In this document: positions 15,991 through 26,189 of the stretch, piece after piece
How the letters are laid out: each line of letters starts with the position of its first letter
Position numbering within the stretch: the first letter of the stretch is position 1
IMG/VR virus record: IMGVR_UViG_2706795421_000001
Span: 22,247 to 86,246 of that record
DNA from: a virus
Taxonomy: Duplodnaviria > Heunggongvirae > Uroviricota > Caudoviricetes
Direction: 5' to 3' (one strand)
Length of the DNA: 64,000 bases
Notes under the pieces: generated by a model
Told to the model about the DNA's origin: nothing
Databases searched by the model: none
What the model saw: only the letters and a program-made list of their open reading frames with translations
Translations under genes and position numbers: made by a program

Positions 15991-18316
15991 AGAGATTACA
16001 AAACTCGTCGGGACGATCCAGTGGAGGGCGGATAACCGCCCCCTGCTGACGTTCAAGAAGAACCTGGAGCAGGTCCGGGACCGTCTCAACGAAGTGGCTG
16101 GCCTGGCCAACAAGAAAGTAACGATGAGGGTTGACCTTGATGGTCGTAGCCTGGCAGCCAAGATCAAGATGGCTACCAATGCCCAGATTCGTCTCAAGAA
16201 TGTGGACATCGCCCAGGACACCCTGGGAACGATGGTTAAGAAACTCAGCGAGCGGCTGGCAAACACTCCAGTCACGCTGAGCAATGTCCGTTTCAACATC
16301 AAGGATATCGCCCAACAGAAGCGATTCCTCCGCACGTTTATGCAGGGTTTGGCTCTGGAAATCCCCGTCTCGATCCGAGCGAGGAAGGCAGAACAGGCCC
16401 TGTTGGCATGGAAGCGGCAGACTGAGCAACGCTTCACGCTTCACCTGAATGCCGATATCAGTCAGTCCAAGTTCTACCGAAATGCTCGCCGGACCATCGA
16501 CGCAGTGATTCAAAGGCTGGGCACTATTACTCTCCGAACCCCCAACATCCGGTTGTCGGTTGACCGAGCCCATCTCAGGCAAGAGATTGCGGATGTTCTG
16601 GCGCAGATTCGCCGAGAGGCTCGGATTAGAATTGATTTGCAAGGCCATGTCAACCAGGTAAGGGGCAGGAATGCCCATGCTGTGGGTGGTTTGGCTGGTG
16701 CTGGTGCAGGGGCTGCTGTAGCCCACTGGGGACGAGGCTTCATCCCTGGCCTGGGAGGCGCGTTTGCCATTTCCCAGATGAACCAGATGGGTCAGCAGAT
16801 GATCGCGCAGCAGAACGCCATGGCTGCGGTAGGTGGTAGCCAGGAAGCTGGTCAAGCCACTATGGCACAGTTCAAGCAAATGGCCAACGAGGTAGGCTTC
16901 GATTGGCGGGCTGTTGCACCATCCTACACCAAAATGCTGGCCTCTGGTCAAGGGGCTGGGATGGATAAAGATGTTGTTGACAGCATCTTCCGTTCCATGA
17001 CAGAGTATGGTACTGTGATGGGCTTGGATACCGAGTCCATGAAGGGTTCTTTGCGAGCCGTCGAACAGATGATGAACAAAGAACAGGTGATGTCCGAAGA
17101 ACTGAAGCTCCAGTTGGGTGAACGGTTCCCGGCAGCCATGAGCCTGATGGCCCAGGCAGTCTCTGCGAGAGAAGGCAGAGAGATTAGCACCAGAGAACTC
17201 GGCGATATGATGGCGAAAGGGTTGGTCCGAACGGACGTGCTGCCCGAGTTTGCCCGTATCATTGCCGAGAAGGCCCGAGAAGGCGGTGCTTTGTCCAGGG
17301 CTCAGAACTCCACTGCGGCTCAGCAACAGCGGTTTAACAACGCCTGGTCGGACGCTGTAGGCTTGATCTACAACAACGGCATGGGTCAAGGAATGGCCAA
17401 CTTGTTCAAGGAGATGGCCAAGACGTTGAACGATAACGAGGAGGCCGTAAAAGGCTTGGGCGCTGCAATGGAGTGGCTCCTTTCCCCGTTCGAAGCGGCA
17501 GCTATCCTGATCCGACAGATGTTGCAGCAACTCCCCGACCTGGCCAGTAAGCTTGGCTTGACCTCTGGTCAGTTGATGGCTTTGGCTGGGGCTATTGGTC
17601 TGGCACTGTTCCCATTGGGGCAAATTGCCTTGGCCATTGGCGGCCTGTTCCTCGTGGTCGAAGACTTCGTTGGCTTCCTGCAAGGGAAGGATAGCGTTAT
17701 CGGAGACTTCTTCAACCAGTTGACGCCTGAACAGCAAGCTGTATGGCTGAAGATTGGTGGCGCAGTGGTTCAGACAGCCGAGGCAGTTGGGCGCCTGGCA
17801 GAGGCCATGGGGCAGCTTCTTGGTGGCTTTGCCGAGGGCGGGATGTTCTCCACGGCACTGGATTTCTTCACGTCGAAGATTCTAGCAGTGTTGACGGTGA
17901 TCACCAAGCTGGTTCAGGCCGCCGAGGCCCTTAAGAACCGGGACTTCGGTAAGGCTGCAAAGCTTGCTGGAGACGCCGGGGCCGTAGCACTGTCGAACAG
18001 CCCTGTAAACCTGCTCCTTAGGGAGGACCTCCGAGATAACCTGGAGGCTCGGGCACGCCGTGCTCAGAACGACATGGGCCGGAACATCGACGAAGACGTT
18101 CTACGCCGAGTCCCTGAGTACCTCAAAGCCGAGAACGGGGTTGGGGGTATGCCCAACGTGGGACAGATCACCCTGAACATCCCAATCCAGATCGAGAGTG
18201 CGCCTCAGATTCAGGACGAACGAGAGTTCAGCGAGATGCTGCAAACCCGGATCATGGACAGCTTCCATGACACTCTCCGCCAGGCCATGGTGGATGCGTC
18301 GGAGAACAAGAAATGA
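15980..18316 (+). CDS. tail tape measure protein (778 aa)
   Basis: Long alpha-helical/coiled protein with a Gly-rich hydrophobic segment (LALFPLGQIALAIGGLFLVV). Sits after the chaperones. Confidence 0.8.
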   Translation: MATEEITKLVGTIQWRADNRPLLTFKKNLEQVRDRLNEVAGLANKKVTMRVDLDGRSLAAKIKMATNAQIRLKNVDIAQDTLGTMVKKLSERLANTPVTLSNVRFNIKDIAQQKRFLRTFMQGLALEIPVSIRARKAEQALLAWKRQTEQRFTLHLNADISQSKFYRNARRTIDAVIQRLGTITLRTPNIRLSVDRAHLRQEIADVLAQIRREARIRIDLQGHVNQVRGRNAHAVGGLAGAGAGAAVAHWGRGFIPGLGGAFAISQMNQMGQQMIAQQNAMAAVGGSQEAGQATMAQFKQMANEVGFDWRAVAPSYTKMLASGQGAGMDKDVVDSIFRSMTEYGTVMGLDTESMKGSLRAVEQMMNKEQVMSEELKLQLGERFPAAMSLMAQAVSAREGREISTRELGDMMAKGLVRTDVLPEFARIIAEKAREGGALSRAQNSTAAQQQRFNNAWSDAVGLIYNNGMGQGMANLFKEMAKTLNDNEEAVKGLGAAMEWLLSPFEAAAILIRQMLQQLPDLASKLGLTSGQLMALAGAIGLALFPLGQIALAIGGLFLVVEDFVGFLQGKDSVIGDFFNQLTPEQQAVWLKIGGAVVQTAEAVGRLAEAMGQLLGGFAEGGMFSTALDFFTSKILAVLTVITKLVQAAEALKNRDFGKAAKLAGDAGAVALSNSPVNLLLREDLRDNLEARARRAQNDMGRNIDEDVLRRVPEYLKAENGVGGMPNVGQITLNIPIQIESAPQIQDEREFSEMLQTRIMDSFHDTLRQAMVDASENKK

Positions 18317-19080
18317 CGGTAGCTATTCAAAGAGAGTCTGGAGATATCATCTGGTTCGACGCCATTCTGAACCTCAGTATCTCCAGGGCCAACCAGGTGA
18401 CTCAGCACGTGGTAGAATCGGGAGCTTCGGTTACCGACCACGTGATTGCTCAGAATCAGAAGATGACCCTCTCGGGGGTCGTCTCTGACGCTGACTTCAA
18501 CCTGGACAGGCCGGTTATTACGGCTGCTGATGCTCAGGCTTTTGGGATCACTCCCAAGCCTTTTGTCAACAGTACGCCGGTGACATCGGGACCTATCATC
18601 ACTCCGGGAGCGGACACGGCATGGACCAGCTTCCTCCCGGAGACGGTCAACCAGTTCCTGGACTTGGACAGGCCAACCGTGGTGGTTCCAGCAGCCCCGA
18701 AAGAGAAGGGGGCAAACCTGATCCGAGAAGAATTGGACAGGATCACCAGGGACCGTGAGCGGATTGTTCTGCTGGACTTCGAAGGCTCTGCCGTGAGGAC
18801 CATCTTCCAGAACGTGGTGATCACCTCGATCAACTTCAAGGAAGACCCTCAGAGCGGAGAGTCGTTGTATGTGGACCTGGCATTTGAGGTGATCAGGACA
18901 ACCACCTTCCAGACGGCAGCCATTCCTAAGAAGGTGAGCGACTCGATCAAGAACAAGGCCAGCGAGAAGCAAGCCAAGGGCAAGCAAGCTCCGAAAGATG
19001 AGAAGGTGACGGACGCAGAAGGGAAGAACCCGAAAGGGGAAACCGTCCTGCACAGAATGACCAACCGGGAGGTGCGATAG
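18313..19080 (+). CDS. tail/baseplate assembly protein (255 aa)
   Basis: ATGA overlap with the tape-measure stop. Position matches the DNA-circulation/baseplate slot of Mu-like tails. Confidence 0.5.
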   Translation: MTVAIQRESGDIIWFDAILNLSISRANQVTQHVVESGASVTDHVIAQNQKMTLSGVVSDADFNLDRPVITAADAQAFGITPKPFVNSTPVTSGPIITPGADTAWTSFLPETVNQFLDLDRPTVVVPAAPKEKGANLIREELDRITRDRERIVLLDFEGSAVRTIFQNVVITSINFKEDPQSGESLYVDLAFEVIRTTTFQTAAIPKKVSDSIKNKASEKQAKGKQAPKDEKVTDAEGKNPKGETVLHRMTNREVR

Positions 19081-19445
19081 TGGCTATTCGAGAGCGGGCC
19101 AGGATGGTGGAGCTACCCACTTACCGAGACCCACAATACGCCTACCAAATGAAGCTGGGGGACCAAATCCGGTACCTCAGCTTTTCCTGGTCGGATAGGC
19201 AACGGTATTGGCACATGACCGTAGAAAACATGGACGGTGAGGTTATCATTCGGAACATGAAGTTGGTTCCGAACTACCCGCTAGGCTATGACTACGGATG
19301 GGCCAGTTACGGGTTGAACGGGTATTTCCTGGTTCTCCCGGACAACCACAAGAACGACATCTGTGAAGATATCTCTACTCTCAACGAGTTCTTCGAACTG
19401 TACTACGTGGAGATTGAGGAATACGACGATAGCGAGGAGGTGTAA
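19080..19445 (+). CDS. hypothetical baseplate protein (121 aa, GTG start)
   Basis: TAGTG overlap with the upstream stop. Confidence 0.45.
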   Translation: MAIRERARMVELPTYRDPQYAYQMKLGDQIRYLSFSWSDRQRYWHMTVENMDGEVIIRNMKLVPNYPLGYDYGWASYGLNGYFLVLPDNHKNDICEDISTLNEFFELYYVEIEEYDDSEEV

Positions 19446-20327
19446 ATGGAACAGTTCGAACGGGTGTACTTGCTCACCGTTGGGGATTACCGTACAGGCA
19501 GAGGCGTCTTGATCAAGGATGTACACATGCGGTTCGACATCAGCAAGTCGGCAGACAACAAGAAGAAGTCCAACAGTGCCACGGTCGAACTGTACAACCT
19601 CTCAGCAAGCACCCGAGCAATGCTTGATACGGATTATCTCTCGGTCAAGCTGGAAGTAGGCTATACAGCAGCCGGCACCCGAGTGGTTCTGGAAGGAAAT
19701 GTGGTTGAGCGTCGGACTGCTCAGCAGGGTCCGGACATGGTGACTCAGCTCATCCTGGGCGAGGGGTATACTGACCTCAACCACATCCGGCTCAAGCAGA
19801 CTATTCCTCCGGGACAGACTGCTAAGGATGTCATTGAGGCTGCAATGGGGCAGCTCCCTGGGGTAGTGCGAGGAGTGTTCTCGGGTACCAACATCAACAA
19901 CCCTGTAGTGTTCGGATACCCCATGGACGGAAGTGCCAAGGAAGTGTTGAACGACATTTGCCGGGACAACAACATGGAGTGGAGGTGCGATGCAGGAGCC
20001 CTCTACGTCAACGATATCAACGGTATCCACGACAAGAATATCAGGTCGGCCCCTGTGCTGAACGAGTCTACAGGCCTAATCGGCATCCCCTACCGGACAT
20101 CCTCCGAAGGTAACCGGCAGAAGGGAGACAAGAGACGGACGCAAGGGGTTCAATTCAAAGCCCTGCTGAACGCCGACTTTGCCCCTGGGCAAGTGGTTCG
20201 TATCGAGTCCAAAGAAGTCACAGGCTGGTATCGGATCAACTCAGCCAGGTACTACGGGGGCTACGATGACCAGGAATGGTACGTCGATTGCTTCTGTGGC
20301 ATCATTATCGAGGAAGACTTGAGATGA
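19446..20327 (+). CDS. baseplate hub-like protein (293 aa)
   Basis: Sits upstream of the V-like spike. Size and position fit a Mu gpP / P2 gpD-like hub. Confidence 0.5.
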   Translation: MEQFERVYLLTVGDYRTGRGVLIKDVHMRFDISKSADNKKKSNSATVELYNLSASTRAMLDTDYLSVKLEVGYTAAGTRVVLEGNVVERRTAQQGPDMVTQLILGEGYTDLNHIRLKQTIPPGQTAKDVIEAAMGQLPGVVRGVFSGTNINNPVVFGYPMDGSAKEVLNDICRDNNMEWRCDAGALYVNDINGIHDKNIRSAPVLNESTGLIGIPYRTSSEGNRQKGDKRRTQGVQFKALLNADFAPGQVVRIESKEVTGWYRINSARYYGGYDDQEWYVDCFCGIIIEEDLR

Positions 20328-21082
20328 TTGAACTAAGCTTTAGCAGCGTGGTGAACACGCTGATTGAGCAGCAACTGAACAACGTGAGAACAGCGATTCC
20401 GGGCCGGGTAATCCGAGTCTACAGAGACCTGGAAACGCTGATGATCGATGCCCAGCCTTTGGTCAACAGACTGTACGACGATGGCAGCTCCGAGGAGCAA
20501 CCTACCATCCTTTCCGTCCCTGTGCAAATGCCGGGTACTCGAAGGACCTTGGTAAGCTTCCCCTTGTTCCCTGGGGATGAGGTTCTCCTGATCTTCTGCG
20601 AACGTGGGATTGACAACTTCAAGGCAGGCACCGGAAACCCTACCAAACCTACCGGGTCTCGAACCTTCAGCGGGCGGGATGCTGTAGCGATTCCTGGGGT
20701 ATTCCCGTTTGCAGTGAGCCCCAACAACCCGGCTCACAGGAAGTTTCCTCACAGCACCTACGACCTGGTGGTGGCACACAACCTGGCCACTGCAACGGAG
20801 TGCGAGGTGAGGCTAAAGGAGAATGGGAACATCGAACTCCTGACGGACCTGGATGTGAACGTCAAGGCCCGGAACATCACCTTGGAGGGGTCAGAAGGGA
20901 TCACTCTGAACACCCCGTCCCTGAAAGTGCAGGCACAGACCACCACCTGGACAGGGAACATCACCCACTCTGGGAACTACACCCAGACAGGGGTATCGAC
21001 ATTTAACGGCATTCCGTTCCACACTCACGTGCATGGAGGGGTTATGCCTGGCGGTGGTACTACTGCCGTCCCACAAGCGTGA
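20324..21082 (+). CDS. baseplate spike/assembly protein V-like
   Basis: ATGA overlap. Begins MIELSFSSVVNTLIEQQL..IPGRVI. Gly-rich C-terminus. Confidence 0.7.
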   Translation: MIELSFSSVVNTLIEQQLNNVRTAIPGRVIRVYRDLETLMIDAQPLVNRLYDDGSSEEQPTILSVPVQMPGTRRTLVSFPLFPGDEVLLIFCERGIDNFKAGTGNPTKPTGSRTFSGRDAVAIPGVFPFAVSPNNPAHRKFPHSTYDLVVAHNLATATECEVRLKENGNIELLTDLDVNVKARNITLEGSEGITLNTPSLKVQAQTTTWTGNITHSGNYTQTGVSTFNGIPFHTHVHGGVMPGGGTTAVPQA

Positions 21083-21088
21083 GGTGTT

Positions 21089-21454
21089 ATGGACCTTCTA
21101 CTGGATGAAAATAGTCACGACATCGTGTTCGTGAACGGGAAAACCCCGGTTACCAAGGGGCAAGTACAGATTGTAGCTCAAAGGCTCAAAATCAAGCTCT
21201 GGACGTTCCTGGGAGAATGGTTCCTGAACCTGGATGTAGGGGTTCCCTATCGTCAAAGAATCCTCACCAAGGTGGCCCACAAGGCGACGGTGGACATCAT
21301 CTTTCAGCGCCTCCTAGCCGAGGATGAAGGGGTGAAGGAAATCCTGGAATACCGAAGCGAATACAACGCGCCCGCTCGGCGCTTCACCCTAGAATTCAAA
21401 GTGCGGACATACTCCAACGAAGAAGTAGCCGTGCGACTGCCACTGGAGGTATAA
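21089..21454 (+). CDS. baseplate protein W/gp25-like
   Basis: 121 aa. MDLLLDENSHDIVFVNG... Confidence 0.6.
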   Translation: MDLLLDENSHDIVFVNGKTPVTKGQVQIVAQRLKIKLWTFLGEWFLNLDVGVPYRQRILTKVAHKATVDIIFQRLLAEDEGVKEILEYRSEYNAPARRFTLEFKVRTYSNEEVAVRLPLEV

Positions 21455-22921
21455 ATGGCTGGATTGACTGACAAAGGGCTGGAAATCCGGTACCTTCCTG
21501 AGGTACTGGAGCAGTACCACAACCGTGCTCAAGACATCTTCTCTGACGAAGTTGAGCCTGGCGATGTAGTGGATACCAGTGAGAACTCAGCCCTGGGCCG
21601 AATGATCGGCGTTGTGGCACCAAGCGTAGCTGAACTGTGGGAAGCACTGCAAGAGGTTCATGACAGTTTCAACCCCAACGTGGCAACAGGCTACGCTCTG
21701 GATAACGAAGTCGCCCTGTCCGGTATCATCCGGTATGCCGAAGAGCCCACCAGGGCTCAGGTGGTGTTTGAGGGCAACTACAACATCGTGGTCAGCTCCG
21801 TAGGCTCTGTCTCCTCTAGCGTCACTCTGAGGCAGTTCCGGGTGATTACCCCGGTCCTGATGAACCTCCAACAGGCTTCAGGGGTAGCCTGGAGGGTTAC
21901 GGCAGTAGAAGCGGGTCATGAGTACAAGATTGGCTACTCGACCGATGGTGGCAGTAACTTCGTGTACGCCACTTACACTGCAACCGCCACAGATACAGCA
22001 GCGTCGATTCAGACTATGCTGGGCCAGAGAGTTTCTCAGTCGTGGACCAGCTTCGAAACACAGACTGATGCAAAGAACAACTACAACTGGGCACGTCGCC
22101 GGAATCGTCTCCAGATTGTCCACTTCGACTTGGACCCTCGTATCACTCCGATCAAGGTGGCGAAGCCTGGGGTGGTAGAGGATACCCAGATGGGGCCCTC
22201 GACTCAACTGCCCGGAACGATTGACACAATCTCGGTTCCGATCCTGGGCTGGGATTCGGTGTACAACCCCACCAACGCAGTATCTGGCAGGTTCCGGGAA
22301 ACGGATGTGGAACTCCGGGAACGGTGGAGGAACTCGAAGTTCTATCAGGCAGCGGCGATCTTGGAAGCGATGCTGGATGGTATGCACCAGGTTCCAGGGG
22401 TACGAGACGTAACCATCATCGAGAACGATACCAACAATCATGACTCGGTGCATAACGTCCCGCCCCACGCCTTCACGGTGATCACCCATGGAGGTGATGA
22501 TTCCGACATCGGGAAGATGATTTGGCAGAAGAAACCCACAGGCATCCAAGCCTACGGCGACACGGTGGTGCAGATCGCTGACTCCCAGGGCAAGGTTCAC
22601 TCCATCGGGTTCCGACGAGCCGAGGAATTGGAAGTACAGGTAAACCTGAACATCTCGGCTATTGCAGGGCAGGTTCTGCCAGGCGATGTGAAGGAACAGG
22701 TTACTGCTGCCATTCTGGCGTATCAAGATGGACTGGACAAAATCGGTAAAGAGGTGGTATACTCTAGACTATACACTCCAATTAACAGTGTTCCAGGGTT
22801 CCAGGTTAACAGCCTGACCATTGGAAAGAAAGGGGGCACCCAGGCCATGGCGAACATCCCTGTGGGGTACGACGAAGTGGCTATTTTCGATGCCACCCGT
22901 ATTGCAATTACGGTGACCTGA
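21455..22921 (+). CDS. baseplate J-like protein (488 aa)
   Basis: taaATG overlap. Position after W. Confidence 0.65.
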   Translation: MAGLTDKGLEIRYLPEVLEQYHNRAQDIFSDEVEPGDVVDTSENSALGRMIGVVAPSVAELWEALQEVHDSFNPNVATGYALDNEVALSGIIRYAEEPTRAQVVFEGNYNIVVSSVGSVSSSVTLRQFRVITPVLMNLQQASGVAWRVTAVEAGHEYKIGYSTDGGSNFVYATYTATATDTAASIQTMLGQRVSQSWTSFETQTDAKNNYNWARRRNRLQIVHFDLDPRITPIKVAKPGVVEDTQMGPSTQLPGTIDTISVPILGWDSVYNPTNAVSGRFRETDVELRERWRNSKFYQAAAILEAMLDGMHQVPGVRDVTIIENDTNNHDSVHNVPPHAFTVITHGGDDSDIGKMIWQKKPTGIQAYGDTVVQIADSQGKVHSIGFRRAEELEVQVNLNISAIAGQVLPGDVKEQVTAAILAYQDGLDKIGKEVVYSRLYTPINSVPGFQVNSLTIGKKGGTQAMANIPVGYDEVAIFDATRIAITVT

Positions 22922-22922
22922 C

Positions 22923-23687
22923 ATGTTGGAAAAGAACCAGTTCCGAATGATCGACTTCTTGAAAGTCGCTCAGAGCCGGTACACAGAGCAGTTCAAGAAG
23001 AAGCCGATCTTCGATAAGTTCGTAGAGCTGCTTCTTCAAGCTCAAGTTGAACTGCAAGAGGTTATGCGCCAGGTCCAGCAGGAGCGGACCTTGGACACGG
23101 CAGTAGGGGCTCAATTGGATGTTCTGGGGGAGATTGTAGGGCTTCCCCGGAGCCTCGTTACTGCCGAGATATTCAAGTTCTTCGGCTACAAAGATCGCCC
23201 TGACAATCCTACACCCTTGCCCACCCCGCACAACGCCGGGCCATACGGTTCGCTGAACGATCCTTCAGTCGGGGCTCCGTGGTGGGGTTTGGGACAAGCC
23301 ACAGAGATTTCCAGGGAGGCAACGGACGAAGAGTATCGCCTGATGATCAAGGCGAAGATTCTGAAGAACCGGACGCTATCCACCCCAGAGGATGTGATCG
23401 AGGCCTACAAGTTCCTGTTTGGAGCTAGCCAGATCATCATCGACGAGCTGGGAAATGCTAACTGCCGCATCGGCATCGGGAAGATTCTTTCTACTGTGGA
23501 AAGGGGTTTGCTGTTCGAGCTGGGCAACGTGGCAAGCTTGTTGCCTAAAACTCTAGGTGTGAACTACACCTATTCGGAATTCTCTGCTGACCGCCCGTTT
23601 GCCACTGAAGGCTTTCAGGGCGGGTTTGGCACGGGTGACCTGAACGACCCATCTGTAGGCGGTATTCTGTCGAACCTTCTAACGTAA
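22923..23687 (+). CDS. baseplate/tail protein I-like (254 aa)
   Basis: Immediately after J, before the tail fiber. Confidence 0.55.
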   Translation: MLEKNQFRMIDFLKVAQSRYTEQFKKKPIFDKFVELLLQAQVELQEVMRQVQQERTLDTAVGAQLDVLGEIVGLPRSLVTAEIFKFFGYKDRPDNPTPLPTPHNAGPYGSLNDPSVGAPWWGLGQATEISREATDEEYRLMIKAKILKNRTLSTPEDVIEAYKFLFGASQIIIDELGNANCRIGIGKILSTVERGLLFELGNVASLLPKTLGVNYTYSEFSADRPFATEGFQGGFGTGDLNDPSVGGILSNLLT

Positions 23688-23697
23688 GAGAGCAAAA

Positions 23698-25761
23698 ATG
23701 GCCAACATCAACAAGATCAGTATGAACCTGATTTGGGGAGTTTCCGGTGATATCACCGCCCCAGGTCCGGAAAAGATGAACAAGGGCTGGGAGGTGGAGG
23801 TAGTCCCCCGGCAGTGGTTGAACTACCTGCAAAACCGCCTGGACACTAACGTAGCCTACCTGCTTCAGAAAGGCCTTCCAGAGTGGGACAGTGAGACCGA
23901 GTACCAGGCAAATACCTCCTATGTGCAACGCAACGGTGTAGTGTACAAGGCCTCTCGGACGAACACCAACAGCGAGCCTGGCACGACTGCGGGAAACACC
24001 AACTGGAACCGGGCTTTTCAAGAGTGGTCCCAGGCGTTGGAGTCGTTGACTTCCCTGACACCGGCTGCTTGGCGGTTTCCGTACTACAACGCCTCGGGCG
24101 CGGCCACCCTGGGAGGAATTACCTCCTACACGGTAGGACTCATGGGCCTTAGCTCAGATGTGGCGTGGAGGGCAGAGCTGAAGGCCCAAGCGAGTGCCTC
24201 TCAGCTTACTTGGCTGTCCAACTTGGCGCCTGTGGCAGGAGCTATCCCGTACTTCAATACAGCTACCTCCATGGCCAACCTGGCGACTACTCCTTTTGGA
24301 CGTACCTGGATTGGTGTTGCTGACGCGGCAACAGGTCGGGCTCAACTCCAACTGGGCAATGCCGCAACTATGACGGCTACGGCCATCAACCAGGCCAACA
24401 CGATTGTTGCCCGAGATTCCACAGGAACTGCCGCCATCGGCACGGTGATCGGGAGCTTGACGGGGAACGCAACCTCTGCAACCCGTTTACAGACAGGCCG
24501 AAGGATTAATGGGGTTGTTTTCGATGGCACCCAGGATATCAACCTACCCCCTCTGACTCCAGATTACGCAGGGGTTGTAGCGAGGCTCCATATCAATGGG
24601 GCTAACATGACTGGAACAGATAAGACCACCCAGCTAGCTCTTAGAAATAAATCCGATACAGACTGGATTAGCTTGGTTACTCCTGATGATAGCTCGGTGG
24701 TGTTCCAATTCAGAGGCCCAGAAGCGGCTAATGCCTCTGTGCGGATTAACTCTAATATCGTATTCCACGCTGGGAACCAGTATGGACTAGGAGCTACTCA
24801 AACACAAGCCAGAGAGCGGCTTGGGGTTGACAGACTGGCACAGAACACAACTCAAACTGTGTTGTACAACGCAGATAGGAGCAGGTACTTCTGGTTGCAA
24901 GATAACGGTGTTGCTGGTATCTGGGACGCAGCGACTAACACTCCTTTGTGGCGTTTTTCTGGACTAGGGCAACTCGACTTCGGAACGGTTCCGGTTGCAC
25001 GGATTACAGGACTGGCCAACTCCGCAACAATCCCTGCATCTGTGTCCAATCAGACTAACCAGATTGTTGTAAGGAGCGGCGTAGGCGATATCGCAGTACA
25101 AGGTATCACTGCTTACGGGCCTGTACTAGGCACAGACTCCGTAAGCGTAAGGGCTGGAACTGGTAATGCCCATCTGACGTTCCAAAGGAACAATGGAACC
25201 GAGGTAGCGCTTATTTGGGGAATCCCGTCTGCCAACTCCTTGAACTTCAGGACAGCAGGTGGAGCTACGGGTATGTCTCTCGCAGGCCAAGACCTCACTG
25301 TAGTTGGCAGGGTAAATGCCGCAACACTTAACTCATCTGGTAACGTTAACTCCAGTGGAAACGTGATTGCTGCTGGGAGCGTACAGGCTAGCAACCGTGT
25401 GTACTGCGGTACTGCTTTTATGGGCAGCAACGGCAACATTACTGGCGGAGCTTTCGGCTCTTATGGGACTCTTACCAACTGGGTAGATTCCGTATATGCT
25501 AGAAAGACAGATGTAATGACTGACGCCCAAATCTTGGCTGCCACTTCTAGAGGTAGTGCTCAGGCTGTTGGAACATACGTCTTTGCGATGGCGGCGAGTG
25601 GGAGCGGGGATGTTGGGACTGTAGTAGCTGGTACGTCTCTAAGGTCTTCGTCTCCCATCAACTACCACGGAATTACGCTATCCGGAAGCTACAGGTGCAT
25701 GGGCAGGTTCGGAGCAGGAGCTTCTAACCAGATCACCTTGTTCCAGAAGGTTGCAGTTTAA
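23698..25761 (+). CDS. tail fiber protein (687 aa)
   Basis: Long Gly/Ser/Thr/Asn-rich beta-type sequence. A terminator follows. Confidence 0.6.
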   Translation: MANINKISMNLIWGVSGDITAPGPEKMNKGWEVEVVPRQWLNYLQNRLDTNVAYLLQKGLPEWDSETEYQANTSYVQRNGVVYKASRTNTNSEPGTTAGNTNWNRAFQEWSQALESLTSLTPAAWRFPYYNASGAATLGGITSYTVGLMGLSSDVAWRAELKAQASASQLTWLSNLAPVAGAIPYFNTATSMANLATTPFGRTWIGVADAATGRAQLQLGNAATMTATAINQANTIVARDSTGTAAIGTVIGSLTGNATSATRLQTGRRINGVVFDGTQDINLPPLTPDYAGVVARLHINGANMTGTDKTTQLALRNKSDTDWISLVTPDDSSVVFQFRGPEAANASVRINSNIVFHAGNQYGLGATQTQARERLGVDRLAQNTTQTVLYNADRSRYFWLQDNGVAGIWDAATNTPLWRFSGLGQLDFGTVPVARITGLANSATIPASVSNQTNQIVVRSGVGDIAVQGITAYGPVLGTDSVSVRAGTGNAHLTFQRNNGTEVALIWGIPSANSLNFRTAGGATGMSLAGQDLTVVGRVNAATLNSSGNVNSSGNVIAAGSVQASNRVYCGTAFMGSNGNITGGAFGSYGTLTNWVDSVYARKTDVMTDAQILAATSRGSAQAVGTYVFAMAASGSGDVGTVVAGTSLRSSSPINYHGITLSGSYRCMGRFGAGASNQITLFQKVAV

Positions 25762-25762
25762 C

Positions 25763-25788
25763 AAAAATAGGCCCGTAAGGGCCTTTAT
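25763..25788 (+). terminator. rho-independent terminator
   Basis: AAAAATAGGCCCGTAAGGGCCTTTAT. Confidence 0.6.
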
Positions 25789-25805
25789 AACTGGAGGTGA
25801 TTTTA

Positions 25806-26180
25806 ATGGAATTCAGAAACGTTGTAAAAATTAAAGCTGGGTTTGAGTGCGAAATAAACCATCCAGAATTGGGATGGATTCCTTACGGCGCTGTAAAGGG
25901 ATGTCCTACGTCTCACGCCATGTACGTGAGGATCGCCGCAGCGGTTGAAGATGGCTCTACGGAAGTGGTAGAAAAAGAGGATAAATACGATGTCTTTGAA
26001 GCCAGACTGTGGAGAGATAATGAGCTAACCCATGCAGATCGTCAAGTAGAGGTCGCTATCGACGATGAAGACGAAGTAAGAGAAAAGGCTTGGCGTAAGT
26101 ATCGTTCTGCACTCCGTAAGTGGCCAGAGCACAAGAGCTTCCCTTCCACTAAAAGCCGCCCTCGCCGCCCCAAGAATTGA
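25806..26180 (+). CDS. hypothetical protein, possible tail fiber assembly factor (124 aa)
   Basis: GGAGGTG sits 6 nt before the ATG at 25806. Lies between the two fiber genes. Confidence 0.4.
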   Translation: MEFRNVVKIKAGFECEINHPELGWIPYGAVKGCPTSHAMYVRIAAAVEDGSTEVVEKEDKYDVFEARLWRDNELTHADRQVEVAIDDEDEVREKAWRKYRSALRKWPEHKSFPSTKSRPRRPKN

Positions 26181-26189
26181 GGAAAGACT

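Noticed and set aside
15794-17737. 647-aa ORF on the minus strand antisense to the tape-measure gene. Similar long antisense ORFs: 9300..10430, 12363..13787, 36769..37947, 39051..40805, 56554..58644.
   Set aside because: Shadow ORFs typical of high-GC DNA. They have no RBS, overlap plus-strand genes that have RBSs, promoters and terminators, and 56554..58644 would run through four promoters and a terminator.
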